Shown here: positions 37,151 through 50,150 of the stretch, in pieces | Layout: each line of letters opens with the position of its first letter | Numbering within the stretch: position 1 is the stretch's first letter | Source of the DNA: Lama glama | Taxonomy: Eukaryota | DNA length: 60,000 nt | Direction: 5' to 3' | NCBI GenBank assembly: GCA_028534125.1 | Contig: CM052818.1 | Location: 38,256,001 to 38,316,000, forward strand | The notes under the pieces: model-generated | Seen by the model: only the letters and a program-made list of their open reading frames with translations | What the model was told of the DNA's origin: nothing | Database searches by the model: none | Translations under genes and position numbers: made by a program

Positions 37151-38020
37151 CAAGTAAGTACTGGTAATAGTCATAGTGAGAATAGTAGCTGTTATCGCAG
37201 CTGAAGAAACTGTAGAAGAGTAGTGGGAATACGCACTTATTAAGCGTCACACACAGCTGCAGGAACTTTCCATTACTAGCTCCTCTCAGGCCCCGACACC
37301 CCTGTGAAAGAAAGCAGGCTGCTACCCATAGTTGAATAAATCCACAAACCAATAGGCATCATCACCACCTTCAAATAACTTACATCCTATGGGAATAAGA
37401 GATAATAAGCAGATCACTATAAAATTACAACACAATACACCAGGCCAGAATTTAGAAAACAGCAGGCAAGACACCAGTTAGCTCAAGAGGTCACGAAGGA
37501 CCCTGAAGCCAGGGCTGAGAAATGAGAAAGCACCACGCAGGAGAGAAGCAGGGAACAAAGCACGGAGACACCCAGCACACCGTCCAACACAGAGCGGTTG
37601 TTTAATACATGCTAGTCCCCCCTCCCTTATTAACTCCCTGCTATAGAAGCTTGGCATGAATATCCACTAACATGTTTACAATCATCATGTAAACCACCAC
37701 ATTCCTAAGAATGAATGAAGGGATGAAAACCAGAGTAGACTTTACCTTTGAGTCAGAGAGCCTGCATGAACATGTAAGACCAAAGGTGACTGCAGCCTCG
37801 GTGAAACTAGGCAATATCCTGTCTCTCACCCAAAGTGAAGGACCCTCAAGAAAGCCCGATCTGACATCATGACAGGAAAGCACATGGAATGTGATGGCAT
37901 CTACCGTCCATGAGACACTTGAGAATAATAAACCAATGAACATGGCTGATGACAGTCCTTTAAGACATTTAGACATTTGTTCTACGACCAGTTAGGGATC
38001 TTGACTCCTTTTAACAATTT

Positions 38021-38066
38021 GGATGGATGGATGGATGGATGGATAGACGGATGGACAGATGAATGG
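38021..38066 (+). repeat. (GGAT)n tetranucleotide microsatellite
   Basis: Six perfect GGAT units followed by degenerate units. Confidence 0.9.
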
Positions 38067-38744
38067 CCGATCTCTGTGACATCTCTCAATGACTTATTCC
38101 AATCATCACCTTTCTATTAAGGAACAACCAATTTATCCTCACAGTAGCTGGGCTTAGAGTTTAATAAATACATTTCCTAGCACTCCAACAGGGGACCTAT
38201 TAGGCTAGTAATGGAAGCTGCACTTTCAGAGCAGCTATTTGTGGCAAAATGTCTGTTCAATACATTTTGAAGCTCCCTGATAATCCATCTAGTGCATCTT
38301 CTATATTCTGTGGAGACCCCGGGAAACACTTCAGGAGACAAGGAAAAAGCTAAGATGGTTACAAGTCACATCAAGGGCGGATCCACTTTTATAGATTTTA
38401 TATGTTGGGGTTATGCCTAAGAATTTATTTGAACTAAGTTATTTATTGCTAAATCATGGATCCAATATAAGTTAATATGGAGATTCATCTTTTTAATGTA
38501 GATCTGTGGGAAGTGGGTGACAATTAATCTATAATTAAGGGAACTCTGAAAAGCTTGGTTGTTTTATGGATTTCATAATAAATTGACAATATTTTTGGTA
38601 AGTACATGAACAGTTTTAGAATACCTTAAAAACAAGCCAGTAATTTAAAATATTTCCCCTGTAATCTTGTTTGTACATTGGGACCAACTCACTTTGAATT
38701 CTATAAGAATTTCTCTTCTCTTTAATAAAATAAAGAGGTTTATG

Positions 38745-39330
38745 AGGAAAAGACCTACAACTGTTAGAGAACAACCAGCTCAATGTGAGCTGTCTGCCTG
38801 ATATATGAACTGGAAAATTATATGGGTCATGGGCTGAATTAATAGAGGTATATATTTCAAGTTAAAGGAGGAGAGGTCACTATGCCAGTAGTTACATTTT
38901 TAAATAATATTAGTAACCTAGAACATTCCCAACAAAAATAATCAAAATATTAAAGAATATAAAAACTGCAACATATAAGAAAATGGTGATGGATCTAGAA
39001 ATGTGGGGACTATAAAGGAGAAGATTTGGAGAGAAACGTGATGACTGTCTTTATATATTCAAATTTGTTCTTTGCCTGAAGTAAGTAGCCCAAGGAACAA
39101 GGGGTGGAAATGAGAAGGAATAAACCTTCAGATCTAAAAGATCTTTTCAGTAAGGGAATCAAGTGGGCTTCCACTGGCAAAATAATCTGGGCAAGAGACA
39201 GCAAAGAGAATTTTAGGCACAATGCAGATAATCATGGCAATGGGTAAAGGCTGAACTACCAACATGCCACTGTGAGTTCACTGTTGGGTTTGCTCATAAG
39301 AATCTTTCAGAGAGTTTGTTTAAAAAATAG
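38745..39330 (+). mobile_element. L3/CR1 LINE ORF2 3' remnant
   Basis: aaaagaccta...cagctcaatgtgagc...gggctgaattaatagaggtata; ggagaagatttggagagaaacgtgatgactgtctttatatatt resembles the L3/CR1 consensus. Confidence 0.7.
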
Positions 39331-39379
39331 GGAATCTAAGTGGGGCCAAGCAATGTGGACCCTCATGCTAAGGTGAGGG

Positions 39380-41290
39380 TGCATGATCAGACAAGAACTA
39401 GCTGAGACCAAGCAGAGAGAGGAGGTATTGGCACAGAGAGGGTGATGAGGTGTGGAGGTGGAGACAGCCCAATGTCAGAGTCTAAGCGGGGCAAAGAGGA
39501 TCCCTGAGCAGGGAAACCAGCGGCAGCGGCATCCCTGTGTGGGGTGTCAGAGCCAGAGCCCCAGCAAGGCGAGGAGCAGAGCAGGAGGTAATAATGGCAT
39601 TTGTTGTTAGAGCCCAAACAGGCTGAGGAAAGCTTCTGCACAGCTTGGCAAGGGGTATGAGAGCCCGGCTGGGTGAGAAAGGTGTCTGTCCAGGGCAGAA
39701 GGGCAGCGACAGCAGCTCAGCACGAACCGTAGGAGCACAATACGAAGGGCGTCGATGCAGAAGAAAGGCAATGGTAGCAGCCTGGTATGAGGGGCGGAAG
39801 CCCCAGAGAGGCAGGAGGAGCTTCTGGAGTGAGGCGAGGGATGGAAGAATGGTGCTAGTGACAAGGTATTGGTTGCAACATGGGAGAATTTTTCAAATAT
39901 ATAAGTATATGAAGTCTTCTCATAGTTGGGGAAAGAAATTACAAATATGGGGAAAAATATATATATATTAACCCAGAAGTGGAGTTTGAGATATGAATTC
40001 ATGGTTTTCAGTATATAGATATATTGAATCAGACAGATAGATACATTAGTGTACATGTGTGTATATACATGCATATACTCCCTAGCTCTACCCACTGAGA
40101 ACTGGCAGCAGTGACACCCAAAAACATTGAACACACCTAGCACTGAGATTCTGGTACCTAAACACCATCCTCCACTGAAAGAAACCACAACCCCTTGGAG
40201 AAACAGCTGAGTTTAGGGCTGGGGCAGAGAAAGTACAAGACGACACTGAAGCATCCTTTTGTGCTAGAAAATAATGAGATGCAGAATGAATAATAAGAAC
40301 ATATCAAAAGGGCCCCAGAGCCAGCTCAAAGGGGCTCCTTCTGCCCAAACCCGAGACAATATAAGTATCAAAATAAATAAAAATAGTAACAAACTATAAC
40401 CCAGTCAATAAAATAGAAATTCATGAGACCATCCTGATATAGGTTAATAAAGGGAGAGAAGAGAAAGTTTTTTGTTGCAATGGAATGCCAACTGATAAAT
40501 ATAGAAGGAATGGTGGGGTTTGAAAATCACCATACAGCAACCATACAGCATTAATTAATTCAGCCAAGAAATATCAATGGACACAAAAACTAATATGCAA
40601 AAGTCTGATGAGCTTTGAGATAGCTCCAAAGTACCTCTCCTCAAAATATTTATTGATATAAAGGGAAGAAGAATAATTTTACAGGGGAAAAACCTGGCAG
40701 CCATGACCTTAGTCAGAGACCACGGTTAATATCACCAGTAGTAAGGCAAACTGAAATCATATGCCATCCGATAAAATGCGATGAGAAGAACACAGCATCC
40801 CTTATGTGACATTTCTGAGGGTAAAAATGAGTAAAGTGAATCTAATCATGGAGAAACTTCAGACAAATCCATACTGAGGGACATTCTACAAATTGGCCTG
40901 TGTCGAGGCCATTAAAGTTATGGAAAGCCTAAAGAGCTGTTCCAGATGGAAGGAGACTAAAAGAGTTGACAATTAAACGTGACTCATCATCCTGGATTGG
41001 ATGCTTTTCCCATAAAGGACCTTACAGTAAGAATTAGCAATGCTCAAGTGGTGTCAGATGGTTAGGTATTAGTAATAAATCAGTGTTAATGTCCTCATTT
41101 TGATGACTGTATTGTTACAGAGAAGAATGTCATCAATTGAAGGAAATATACACTGAAGTTTCCCAGGATTGATGGGGCTGTATGTCAGCAATTTATTCTC
41201 AAATAACCCCACATGTGTACCAGGGGAAGAGTGCTTTTAATATTTTTGAAGCTATTTTGTAACTTTGAAATTATTTCAAAACTAATAAAC
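39380..41290 (+). mobile_element. L1MC3/L1MC4-like long 3' UTR
   Basis: G-rich ggggtgtcagagccagagc units; cctagctctacccactgaga...gcagtgacaccc; aaatccatactgagggacattctacaaa; ends aactttgaaattatttcaaaa. Confidence 0.85.
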
Positions 41291-41409
41291 AGAAATTCCT
41301 GGACTCATAACAGACTTACCAAAGAATGTGAGTTTATGGAAGTGAGGCACATGGAAGTGTGTGTTCAGAGGGTAATTTACTGCCAGGTTTGGAAACCACT
41401 GAACTAGAT

Positions 41410-41571
41410 CAGTGCTTATCAAACTTCAGTGTGTATACAAATCACCTGGGGACCTTGTAAAACTCAGACTCTAACGCAGTTGTTTCGAAGCAGGATCTGA
41501 GGCCATGCATTTCTAACAATCTCCCAGGTGATGCCACTGCTGCTGGACCACGGGCTGAACTTTGACTGGAG
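41410..41571 (-). mobile_element. MER5A-like hAT MITE
   Basis: cagtgcttatcaaacttcagtgtgtatacaaatcacctggggaccttgt...tgcatttctaacaatctcccaggtgatgccactgctgctggacc, flanked by aactagat and aaccagat. Confidence 0.85.
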
Positions 41572-42299
41572 AACCAGATGATCTCTGCGAGCATATTGCA
41601 CCTGGCAATCTGTGGGAACAGGATTCTTCTTCCAGCCCTCAAAGAATCTGTGGCAGCAGAATTCATAAATTTGAATGCACTTTCATGAGCAGCCTGTAAG
41701 ATAAACTGGCGATGCACTTCACATTTGTGGACGATCCTGCATGATCTAGCAAAAGAAGAATCTTGCCCCCAGAGAACATTCTGTCAGGCTCTGGGCATGT
41801 TTCAGAATTTAACAAGAAGCTTTATTTTTTTGCCAACATGACCAAAACCTAGGCAATGATACTTCATCAGAAGTCTAGAGATGCGGTGAAAAAATATGAA
41901 AAGGCTTTGCTAATAATAAAAAAAAAGTGCAATAATGTCCCACTATCTCTCTTACATCAAAATCTGCTTGCAATTGAAACTGAATTTAACTTAAAAACAT
42001 TTTTTTTCCCTCAGAGCAAGAGAGAAAAAAGACCTAGGAGTCCATGCCAAAGGTGATTGTCTTAGGTACCTGATGAATCTTTACTTCTTCCTCATACCTA
42101 CATCAAATCCTAACAAACTGACTCCTTTACCATCTTTGTGTGGAATAATAATTATTATTAAGTGTCAGCATGTGTCTAGCCATGGACTAGGCCTATTAAT
42201 TGGATTTCATCTTTTTCATATTTTTTTTATTTTAAAAAATAGGCAACTTCTTTTATGACCTCCCTGAGTATTATGCCAAGGTCATAATTTTATACTTTT

Positions 42300-43800
42300 T
42301 CTACTTAAAGCTGTGCCCATAAGACAACATACAGTAACATTTATGTGTATTTCAAAGACTTAGTTACATGTTATCATACTGTACCTATCCTTGTGCAACT
42401 GTTGTTCTCACTCAAAATTAAGGTTTTGAGCCTCTAAAGACAGGCAGACAGATGGAGTATTCCATTCTAAGAACATGCTACCTTTGATTTATAGGCCATT
42501 CATTTGCCTTCAGTTCTTCACTACTCAAGCAATGATATAGTAAGCATCTTTATGTATGCTCCTACTTCACATGTGCAAGAACTTCTTTGGGTACGTAGCC
42601 AGAAGCCATACTGTGAGTTCACAAGGTGTGTGTGTTGTCAAATGCACTAGAAAATGTCAACTGTCTCTCCAGAGTGGTTTTACCACGTATGCTCCCCTGG
42701 TAGTGCAAGGAGGTCCTCCTACCCCCACATACACACCAACACTTGGATTGTCACTTTTTAAAAAATCTTTGCTCATTATTTAAAAAGGTACTTTGTTGTT
42801 TTAATTTATATTTATCTGACTACCAGCCAGATTATTCAGTCTTTCCTTATTCAGCTTTCCTCTTTCATGCATCACCTGTTTTTATCCTTTGCCCATATTT
42901 ATTAGGTTGTTTGTCTTTTACTTAGTGACTTGTAGTTTTTTTAATACATTCTAAATGGTCAATTACATGTGTGACCAACATCTTCTCCTAACCTGTCATT
43001 TCACAATGACACTATTCGTGGCATCTTTGGTCATGTAGAAGTTATCAATTTTGAGTCAAATATATCAATATTTCTCTCTGTAACTTGTGTATGTGAAGTT
43101 TTGCTTAAGAAATCATTTTCATCCCCCAAGGTCACTGAGATGTTCATATAAAATTCCTCTAAGAATTTTAAAGTCATCTTTTACAGATTACTTGAATTTT
43201 ACTTTGTTTAAAAGAGACAGAAATCTAGTTTATTTTTATTATAATGTGGAAAGCCAATTGTTCCAACCCCAGATCATTCCCCACTGATTTGTAAGTGCTC
43301 GTCTGTCATCTACCAAATCCCTTAGCAGTTTCAGTCTTTTTCTGGACTCTCCATTCTGTTCCAGTCATCTATTTGCTTTTCCTTGTGCCAATAGGACACT
43401 GTTTTAATTACCATAGCTTTATAAAGAGTTAATACTTGGTAGTGCAAGTCCCAGCAACAAGATCTTTATCAGTCTGTTTGCACATAATTTCAAGTTTTTT
43501 TTAACTTCCTCTGTTACCTAATGCATCATTAATTTTAATGAATGTTCTGTGTCTTGATAAGAATGCATATTCTCTAGGTTTGTCTATTGTATCTGTGAAA
43601 TCAAGCTTGGTATTCATGTTATTCTGAATTTCCTAAATCTGCTCTAAATTTTTATTTCCTTTATGTGATTGAAAGTGACGTTGATAAGTCCCTGTAACTG
43701 TTGTCTATTTACTTCTCAGGGATATTCCTTTCTAGTGATGAAGTGCCCTCCTTACCATCATTACTGCTTTCTACTTGAAATTCTTTTTTCTCAAAAGTAA
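42300..43800 (-). mobile_element. Old L1 (L1ME-like) 3' end and ORF2 remnants
   Basis: Antisense L1 motifs: ttatcatactgtacctatccttgtgcaact; ctctccagagtggttttacca; tatcctttgcccatattt; tgtgccaataggacactgttttaattaccatagctttata. Confidence 0.75.
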
Positions 43801-44453
43801 CATTTTTCTTTACTTTTTAAGCATTTTTGTTCTGTCAAATCAATCAAATTTTTCCTATTCTTATGCCACTCTTTAAATCCTACTGGCTTGAAAGTTATTC
43901 TTCGTACTTCTATCCAAAGTTTCTCCACTGTTTCGAAAACTCATCAAAACGTCATTCACTGTCATTACCTTTTCTAGTTAACATGCATGTATTAAATCAT
44001 CAACATGTACCCAGCTGAATGTAAATGTCTCAGAACCCTCTCCCTCTCTCCCCTGCTCACCACCAGTCTTTACTGCCCTACCACAGAATGGATGCATTCT
44101 GTTCTATTTCTGCCCCTAGTTGGAGGGCCAGAGGTTAAGAACCCAGGACCACAGGTATCTCACCTTCTTCCCTACTACAGCAGCTTGACAGATGTGAGGC
44201 AGGAAATCCAGATGAAAGCATCTATTTGACATGTCCAGACTCTCCATGATATGGGTAGATGCAAAGTCTGTTCTTGAAGGAAAATACCAGAAGGTACAAT
44301 TTGTAACTCCCTATCTAACCCACATTCTCAAATTCAGATTTATGATGAGTAAGATTGTCATTTTAATCTCTCTCTCTCCAATTCTCCCATCTATTTTTTA
44401 AATTGGTTCTAAATTCAGACAAAGAAAAACAAAGTATAATGATATACTAAGCC

Positions 44454-44473
44454 TCACCTCTGACCTCTGACCT
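44454..44473 (-). promoter_or_regulatory. Perfect DR1 nuclear-receptor motif (AGGTCA-G-AGGTCA) plus a third degenerate half-site
   Basis: Plus strand reads tcacctc tgacctc tgacct. Motif only; there is no functional evidence. Confidence 0.3.
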
Positions 44474-47039
44474 GGGTAAAGTAACATAGATATCAAAGTT
44501 CTGTCTGTTAACTAGTAGCTCCATAACACAGGACACATTTCCTAACGAGGGAGCTGGAACTCCAAGATCCACTTTGGATGAGATTGAAACCAAAAGAGAC
44601 GTTAAAGGAAACAGAACAGACTAGGGTGACATCAAAAGATGCCTTCACTTTGTCTCTGGCATTGGAGTTTGATGCTGAGAAACCCAGCTGTACACATCCC
44701 AAGGTTCTCAGAAAAGTAATTGCTTGATGCTTAATTCAAATTAAATTCTTTCCGTTTTGTGGGTGGGGAGGAGAGCTGATGATTTCTTCCTGGAGGTGCC
44801 CCTGACTCACTGGGACAGCACAATAGCAATGGTTCTTGCCCCACTGATGGGGGTGCAAAACACATGGTGGGGTATTGGTCCCCACAGCAGGGGAGCTCTG
44901 TTGTGCTGTCACTAACACCGTGGTCTTTCCAGCCAAGACAGTGGAAACAAAAGTAAGATAACCAGCCATTCTTGGGTCAGGACCATGCCAACCAGCTTCT
45001 AGCCCCCAGACAGCTTGACTCTGGCCTCAACTCTGCAGGAGCTCTCCATAATTCCCCACTCACCCCACAGGCATTGAGGCAGGAGGTGGCATGGGCCAAC
45101 TTCAGAGAGAGCTAACGTTTGAGAAATGGCAAAGGGTGACAGGAAGCTGGACAGGCACAGGAAGGCAAAGCAGCACAAAGGATGCTCCGCGACCCCTGAG
45201 TTGACATTTCCGTCTGGAGTAGACATTTTGAATAAGGAAGGATTCGATAATTAGCTTGACAATATATTTAGAAACCTTCTATTTTTATGTGCTCAGAATA
45301 GCACACTATTATTGATTACATTATAAACAGTCAAATTGCATAATCTTCCTAGCTCCTGCCAATCTGTGTTGTTTAAGTTTGAACAAATCGTGTCCACTAC
45401 AGAAAGTCTTAGGTAAAGAGAAAATTCGTTGTCAAGGAGTGTATTCAAATATTTTTAAAATGCAGAAAGCACCTGCATAATTTCCTTCTGTAGCTAGTAT
45501 TCTTAGCCAGTATTTGTAAGAACTTATGCATGATACACATTTTAGAATTGACAGTAGTAATAGAGCAGGTTTGTATTTGATTTCACTTGCTTATTTCAAA
45601 GAGTCCTGTACACCCTTATTAATGTGCTACAGCATTTTAAGCAAAATGGTGCAACAGAGAAGGCAGGATGGGCTTTCCCATGTCCTCCCCAAAGGGATCC
45701 TCAGTCTAGACCAGAGGAGCATTGGGAACTAGAGGGGAGGGAAACTGAGCAAAGCCCAAGTGTGAGGTGAGCCAATTTTACATGAAATGGCTGTGTGGAG
45801 AGTCCCATCAGCTCCCTTGCAAATGGACAAGTCATAAACCTGCCTAATGACTTGGAAACTCAAAATTGCCCCTTTCATTTTAAGGAATTTTTAATGTTGT
45901 CCTCTCCAATGGGCACCATTAACAAAGAAACCCTCCACGCCTGCTTTCCCTGGTAAGCAAGTGTGTTTTCAGTAAGACCAGAGGGGAAAAGAACTCTCTG
46001 TGGGGAAAGATGTGTACGGAGAGAGGAGCACTTGCTAATTTCTCCAACCCACCCGGTCCACTGAGGTGGAGAGACTGCAGGGTGTGCAAACCACAGAGAA
46101 TGTAGAATTTATCTCAGCTGTGATCGCATCTTCCAACCATTTTAATCTCTCTCTTTTTTGACATTGTATAATAATACTTTCTTCGAGGAATGTTCTTTAA
46201 TCTTATAATTTGAAAACAAATTCTATTTCAGCTGTCCTTCCAGTAGGCGACCTTTAATGGTTTTACTATAGGTAAAACTCTGTCATTACGTTCTGCCTCC
46301 CCGCTCAGCTTTCTGGATATTGGATTGCTCAGATGCTGCAGTTTTTGTCAGTGATAATATTGCCCTTTCAAAAATTTCTCTGTAAGCAGCCTGAAAGGAT
46401 TCATTCGGAGCAGTGGTTTCATTAATTTATTTAAATGCATTTCTCAAACAAAGCAGGTTAGTTGTTTCTAAATGTCAGGGTCCAGGAGCAGATTTGAAAA
46501 TATTCTGCAAAATACAATTGTCCAGGCTTTCTGAGAAAAAGCAAGCAGGCACTTGTGAAGGCAGCAAACACAAGTGGCTGCGTGCTGCTCCCAGAGGCCC
46601 CAGCGGTCCAGCTCAAGATCAGCAGCATTCGCTCCAGCCTCCGGGCAGAGAACCGTGCTTACAAAGTGGTTTTTGCTGCGGATGATATTTAGCGCTAATC
46701 TTTTAAATACGAATTGCCCCTTCCCTTAAAGACCTTGTTTGGAGGCAGGTTGTTTGAGCTTAGTAAAGTGACTGGGCCCATTGGATAGGCACCGGGATGA
46801 AGGGACTCCTGTGTGCTCAGCTGGGTGAACTGGGGCCTAGGGGGCATCAAGTTGGAGAAAACAGAGGGCTCTGGACCAGGCAGGGGAAAATGAAATAACA
46901 TGTGCTGAAAACCTGCGTGAAATGTGAACAGGCAGTTCAAAAGTATTGGTTGGTATATGTCATTTTAGGAAGAGTAAAATGTATCTTCTTCCAACATAGC
47001 TCTTATCCCTGGATTTTAAATCACCCAGATGTTTTAGCT

Positions 47040-47520
47040 TTTTTTCACTCCCTGGCTAAAAAAGGGATGACTCCCCATTGTCTACTGAATAATATCTAAT
47101 CTTCTTAGCATGACATTCAGGACCCTCCACAAGCTGGCATCAGCTTGTCTTTGAAACTGTAACTCTTTACCACCGCCGCCTCCACACCACACACCCTTTA
47201 CACACTCCAGTGAAACTAGATGGCCTCCACTTCCTCATCATTTCTGGTATTTTACCCATCTTCATCCTCCTGTGACAGCTGCAGACCCTCTCCCTTCTCG
47301 GGCATCATGTCAACCCCTACTGATTCTTCAAAGCCTGGCACACATGCAGGAAAACTCACCCCGCGCTGCAACAAAGGCTGTGCCTTCTGCATCTTCTTGA
47401 CACTTTGGAACTCTCAGCTCTCCTATCACAGCGGACAGAGTTCACGGTGCTCTACATACACGCTGCGTATCCCCGCGGAGGTTGTACCCCTGACGGCAGG
47501 CCTGGTCCCTAGCCATCCCT
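47040..47520 (+). mobile_element. Decayed L2 fragment
   Basis: tgactccccattgtctactgaataatatctaatcttcttagcatgacattcaggaccctccacaagctggc. Confidence 0.65.
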
Positions 47521-47539
47521 CCACTGCAGTGGCCCTCAA

Positions 47540-49250
47540 CCTTTCTTGACACCTCAGGCACCCAAGGGGCTTTGAAGAAGCACCACCACTGGGTTCCAGC
47601 CCCAGAGGCTCCAGTACAATGCTCTCTCTGAATTTGGGGTCTGAGCATGGTAATTTTTTTTACCATCTTAAACATTTTAAGTGTACAGTTCAGTAGTGTT
47701 AAGGATATTTACACGATTGTATAACCAATCTCCAGAATATTTTTATCTTATAAAACTTGAACCCTGTACTCATTAAATAACAACTCCCCATTCTCCTCTC
47801 CTCCGAGCCCTAGCAACCACCATTCTACCTTCTGTCTCTATGAACTTGACTGTTCTAAGTGTTTTTTACAAATGGAATCATACAGAATTTGTCTGTTTGT
47901 GACTGGCTTATTTCACTGAGCATAATATCTTTAAATTCATCCATGTTGTAGCATGTGACAGGACTGCCTTCATGTTTAAGGTTGAATAATCTTCTACTGT
48001 GTGTATCGACAATATTTTCTTTGTCCATTTATCTGTCGGACATTCAGTTTGCTCTCACCTCTTGGCTACTATGAATAATACTGCTATGAAAATGAGTATT
48101 CAAACATCTCCTGAGATACTTTCAATTCTTTTATTTATGCCCGGACATACAAGAGCTGGGTAATACGATAATTCTACATTTAATTGCTTAAGGAACTATC
48201 ATACTGTTTCCTGGCTTCACCATCTTACGTTGTTTAACAGTTCCTAATTCCTCCACATCCTAACACTTGTTTGCTGGGTTTTTGTTTTGTTTTGTTTTGG
48301 GGGAGTAACCATCCTAATGGATGTGAGGTGGCATCTCAGTTTGTTTCCGAATCGCATTTCTCTAGTTAGGGATGTTAAGCATCTTTTCATATGCTTTTTG
48401 GCCATTTGTGTGTCTTTAGAGAAATGTCTATTTAAGGCCTTCACCCACATTTTAATCAGGTTATTTGGGGTTTTTTGTTGTTCTTGTTGAGTTGTAAGAT
48501 TTCTTTATACATTATGGATATTAGCCCCTTATAGGGTATATTATTGGTTAATTCTCTAATTCACAGTTTGCCTTTTCACTCTATTGATTGTGTTCTTTGA
48601 TGCACGGAAGTTTTTTTTAAGTTTGAGGTAGCCCCTTTGTCTGATCTTGCTTTTGTCGCCTGTGCTTTTGGCATGATGTCCAAGAAATTATTTTGAAACC
48701 CAACGTCATGAAGCTTTCTTCCTGTTTCTTTCAGGAGTTTTAAAGTTTTAAATCTTATGTTTAAGTCTTTTATCCTTTTTGAGTTAATTTTTGTATAGAA
48801 TGTATGGTAAGGGTACAATTTCATTCTTTTGGATACGGATATCCAGCTTTCCTTTCCAACACCATTTTTTGTTGAAGAGACTGATCTCCCCTTTGAGTGA
48901 GCTGAGCACCCTTGTTGAAGATGACTTCACCTTACAGACTTATGTCTATCTTTAGGCCAGTAACACACTGTTTTGACTACTATAGCTGTATGATGCACTT
49001 TGAAATCAGGAAATATAAAACCTCCAAATTTAATCTTTTTCAAGATTGGTCTGGCTATTCTGGGTCCCTTGAGATTCCATAAGAATTTTAGAGTAGATCT
49101 TTCTATTAATGCAAAAATGTCACTGGAGTTTTGGTAAGGACTGCATCGAATCTGTAGTTTACTTTGTGTTTCATGCCCTCTCAAAGCAATCTACAGATAC
49201 TATTTTATTAGAAGTTCCTCAGGATTCCAATGCATAGTCTTGGTTGAAAA
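47540..49250. mobile_element. MER5B-like MITE split by the L1MB insertion (halves ~47540-47655 and ~49201-49250)
   Basis: Left half ends ...gggttccagccccagaggctc...ggggtctgagcatggtaattttt. Right half continues ttagaagttcctcaggattccaatgcatagtcttggttgaaaactacca. Confidence 0.65.
47655..49200 (-). mobile_element. L1MB-like LINE, 5'-truncated, with a short 5' inversion
   Basis: 3' end tttaccatcttaaacattttaagtgtacagttcagtagtgttaag. ORF2 peptides on the minus strand: LKFLWNLKGPRIARPILKK, YTKINSKRIKDLNIR, LNRHFSKDTQMAKKHMKRC. Confidence 0.92.
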
Positions 49251-49714
49251 CTACCATTTATTTCCCCTCTACAGTGGTTAACAAAAAGCCTTGCAAATGG
49301 TCATTAAATGGGAATTTGCTTTAAATTATTAATCAGTTATTTAGCACACATTTTGTAACTATTCTGTTCTCCGGAGCAATGTGACAGTAACTTTGATTTA
49401 AAAGAGAGTGAGAGACGGGGAAAAAAGGCCAGAAAATGGGGCTCTGATCAAAAGCAGCCAGACGCTGTAAAATAGCGAACCATGAAAGCAAACCACATCT
49501 GTAACTACGCCTCCTTCCCAGAAGAACACCCTTCACTCAAAGAAGAAAGCAGGTGCCTCCAGTGAAGTGAGGAAAGGGGAGGTTATAAGGGAGAGACGTG
49601 AGGCTAGACCCCATGTCTAGAGCCACAGCCAGCTCATTCAGGAGTCTCCCAGGGATCCCTGTGAACGAGAAATCAGTGGAAACGTCTTGTCCTTAGGAAT
49701 TCAAATAAAATCGG

Positions 49715-50150
49715 TTTGATTTAATATACTTATATATTGCAAACTGATTACCACCATAGTGTTAGCTAATATGTCCATGAAGCCACACAATTATCATTTC
49801 TTTTTTGTGGTAAGAACATTTGAGATCTACTCTCTTAGCAACTTTCAAGTGTATAATACAGTATATTATTAACAAGAAGCACCATGATGTACATTAGATC
49901 CCCAGAAATTATTCATGTTATAACTGGAAGTTTGTACCCTTGGACCAACACCACCCCAGCCCCTGGTGCCAGCATTCTACTCTGTGTTTCTATAAGCAAT
50001 AGAGCTCCCTACATTCCTCGTGTAAGTGATATCACACTGTATTTGTCTTTCTCTGCCTAACTTATTTCACTTAGCATAGTCCCTCAAAATCCATCCATGT
50101 TGTCATAAGTAGCAGGGTTTTCTTCTTTCTGGTGGCTCATTAATATTCCT
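49715..50150 (-). mobile_element. L1MA9-like 3' UTR fragment
   Basis: tttgtggtaagaacatttgagatctactctcttagcaactttcaagtgtataatacagtat...tgtacattagatccccagaa...ataactggaagtttgtaccctt. Confidence 0.85.

Noticed and set aside
39607..40188. 193-aa minus-strand ORF
   Set aside because: Lies antisense within an L1MC 3' UTR and has low-complexity composition.
44520..44730. Open plus-strand frame (FLTRELELQDPLWMRLKPKETL...)
   Set aside because: No recognisable protein and no good acceptor/donor pair.
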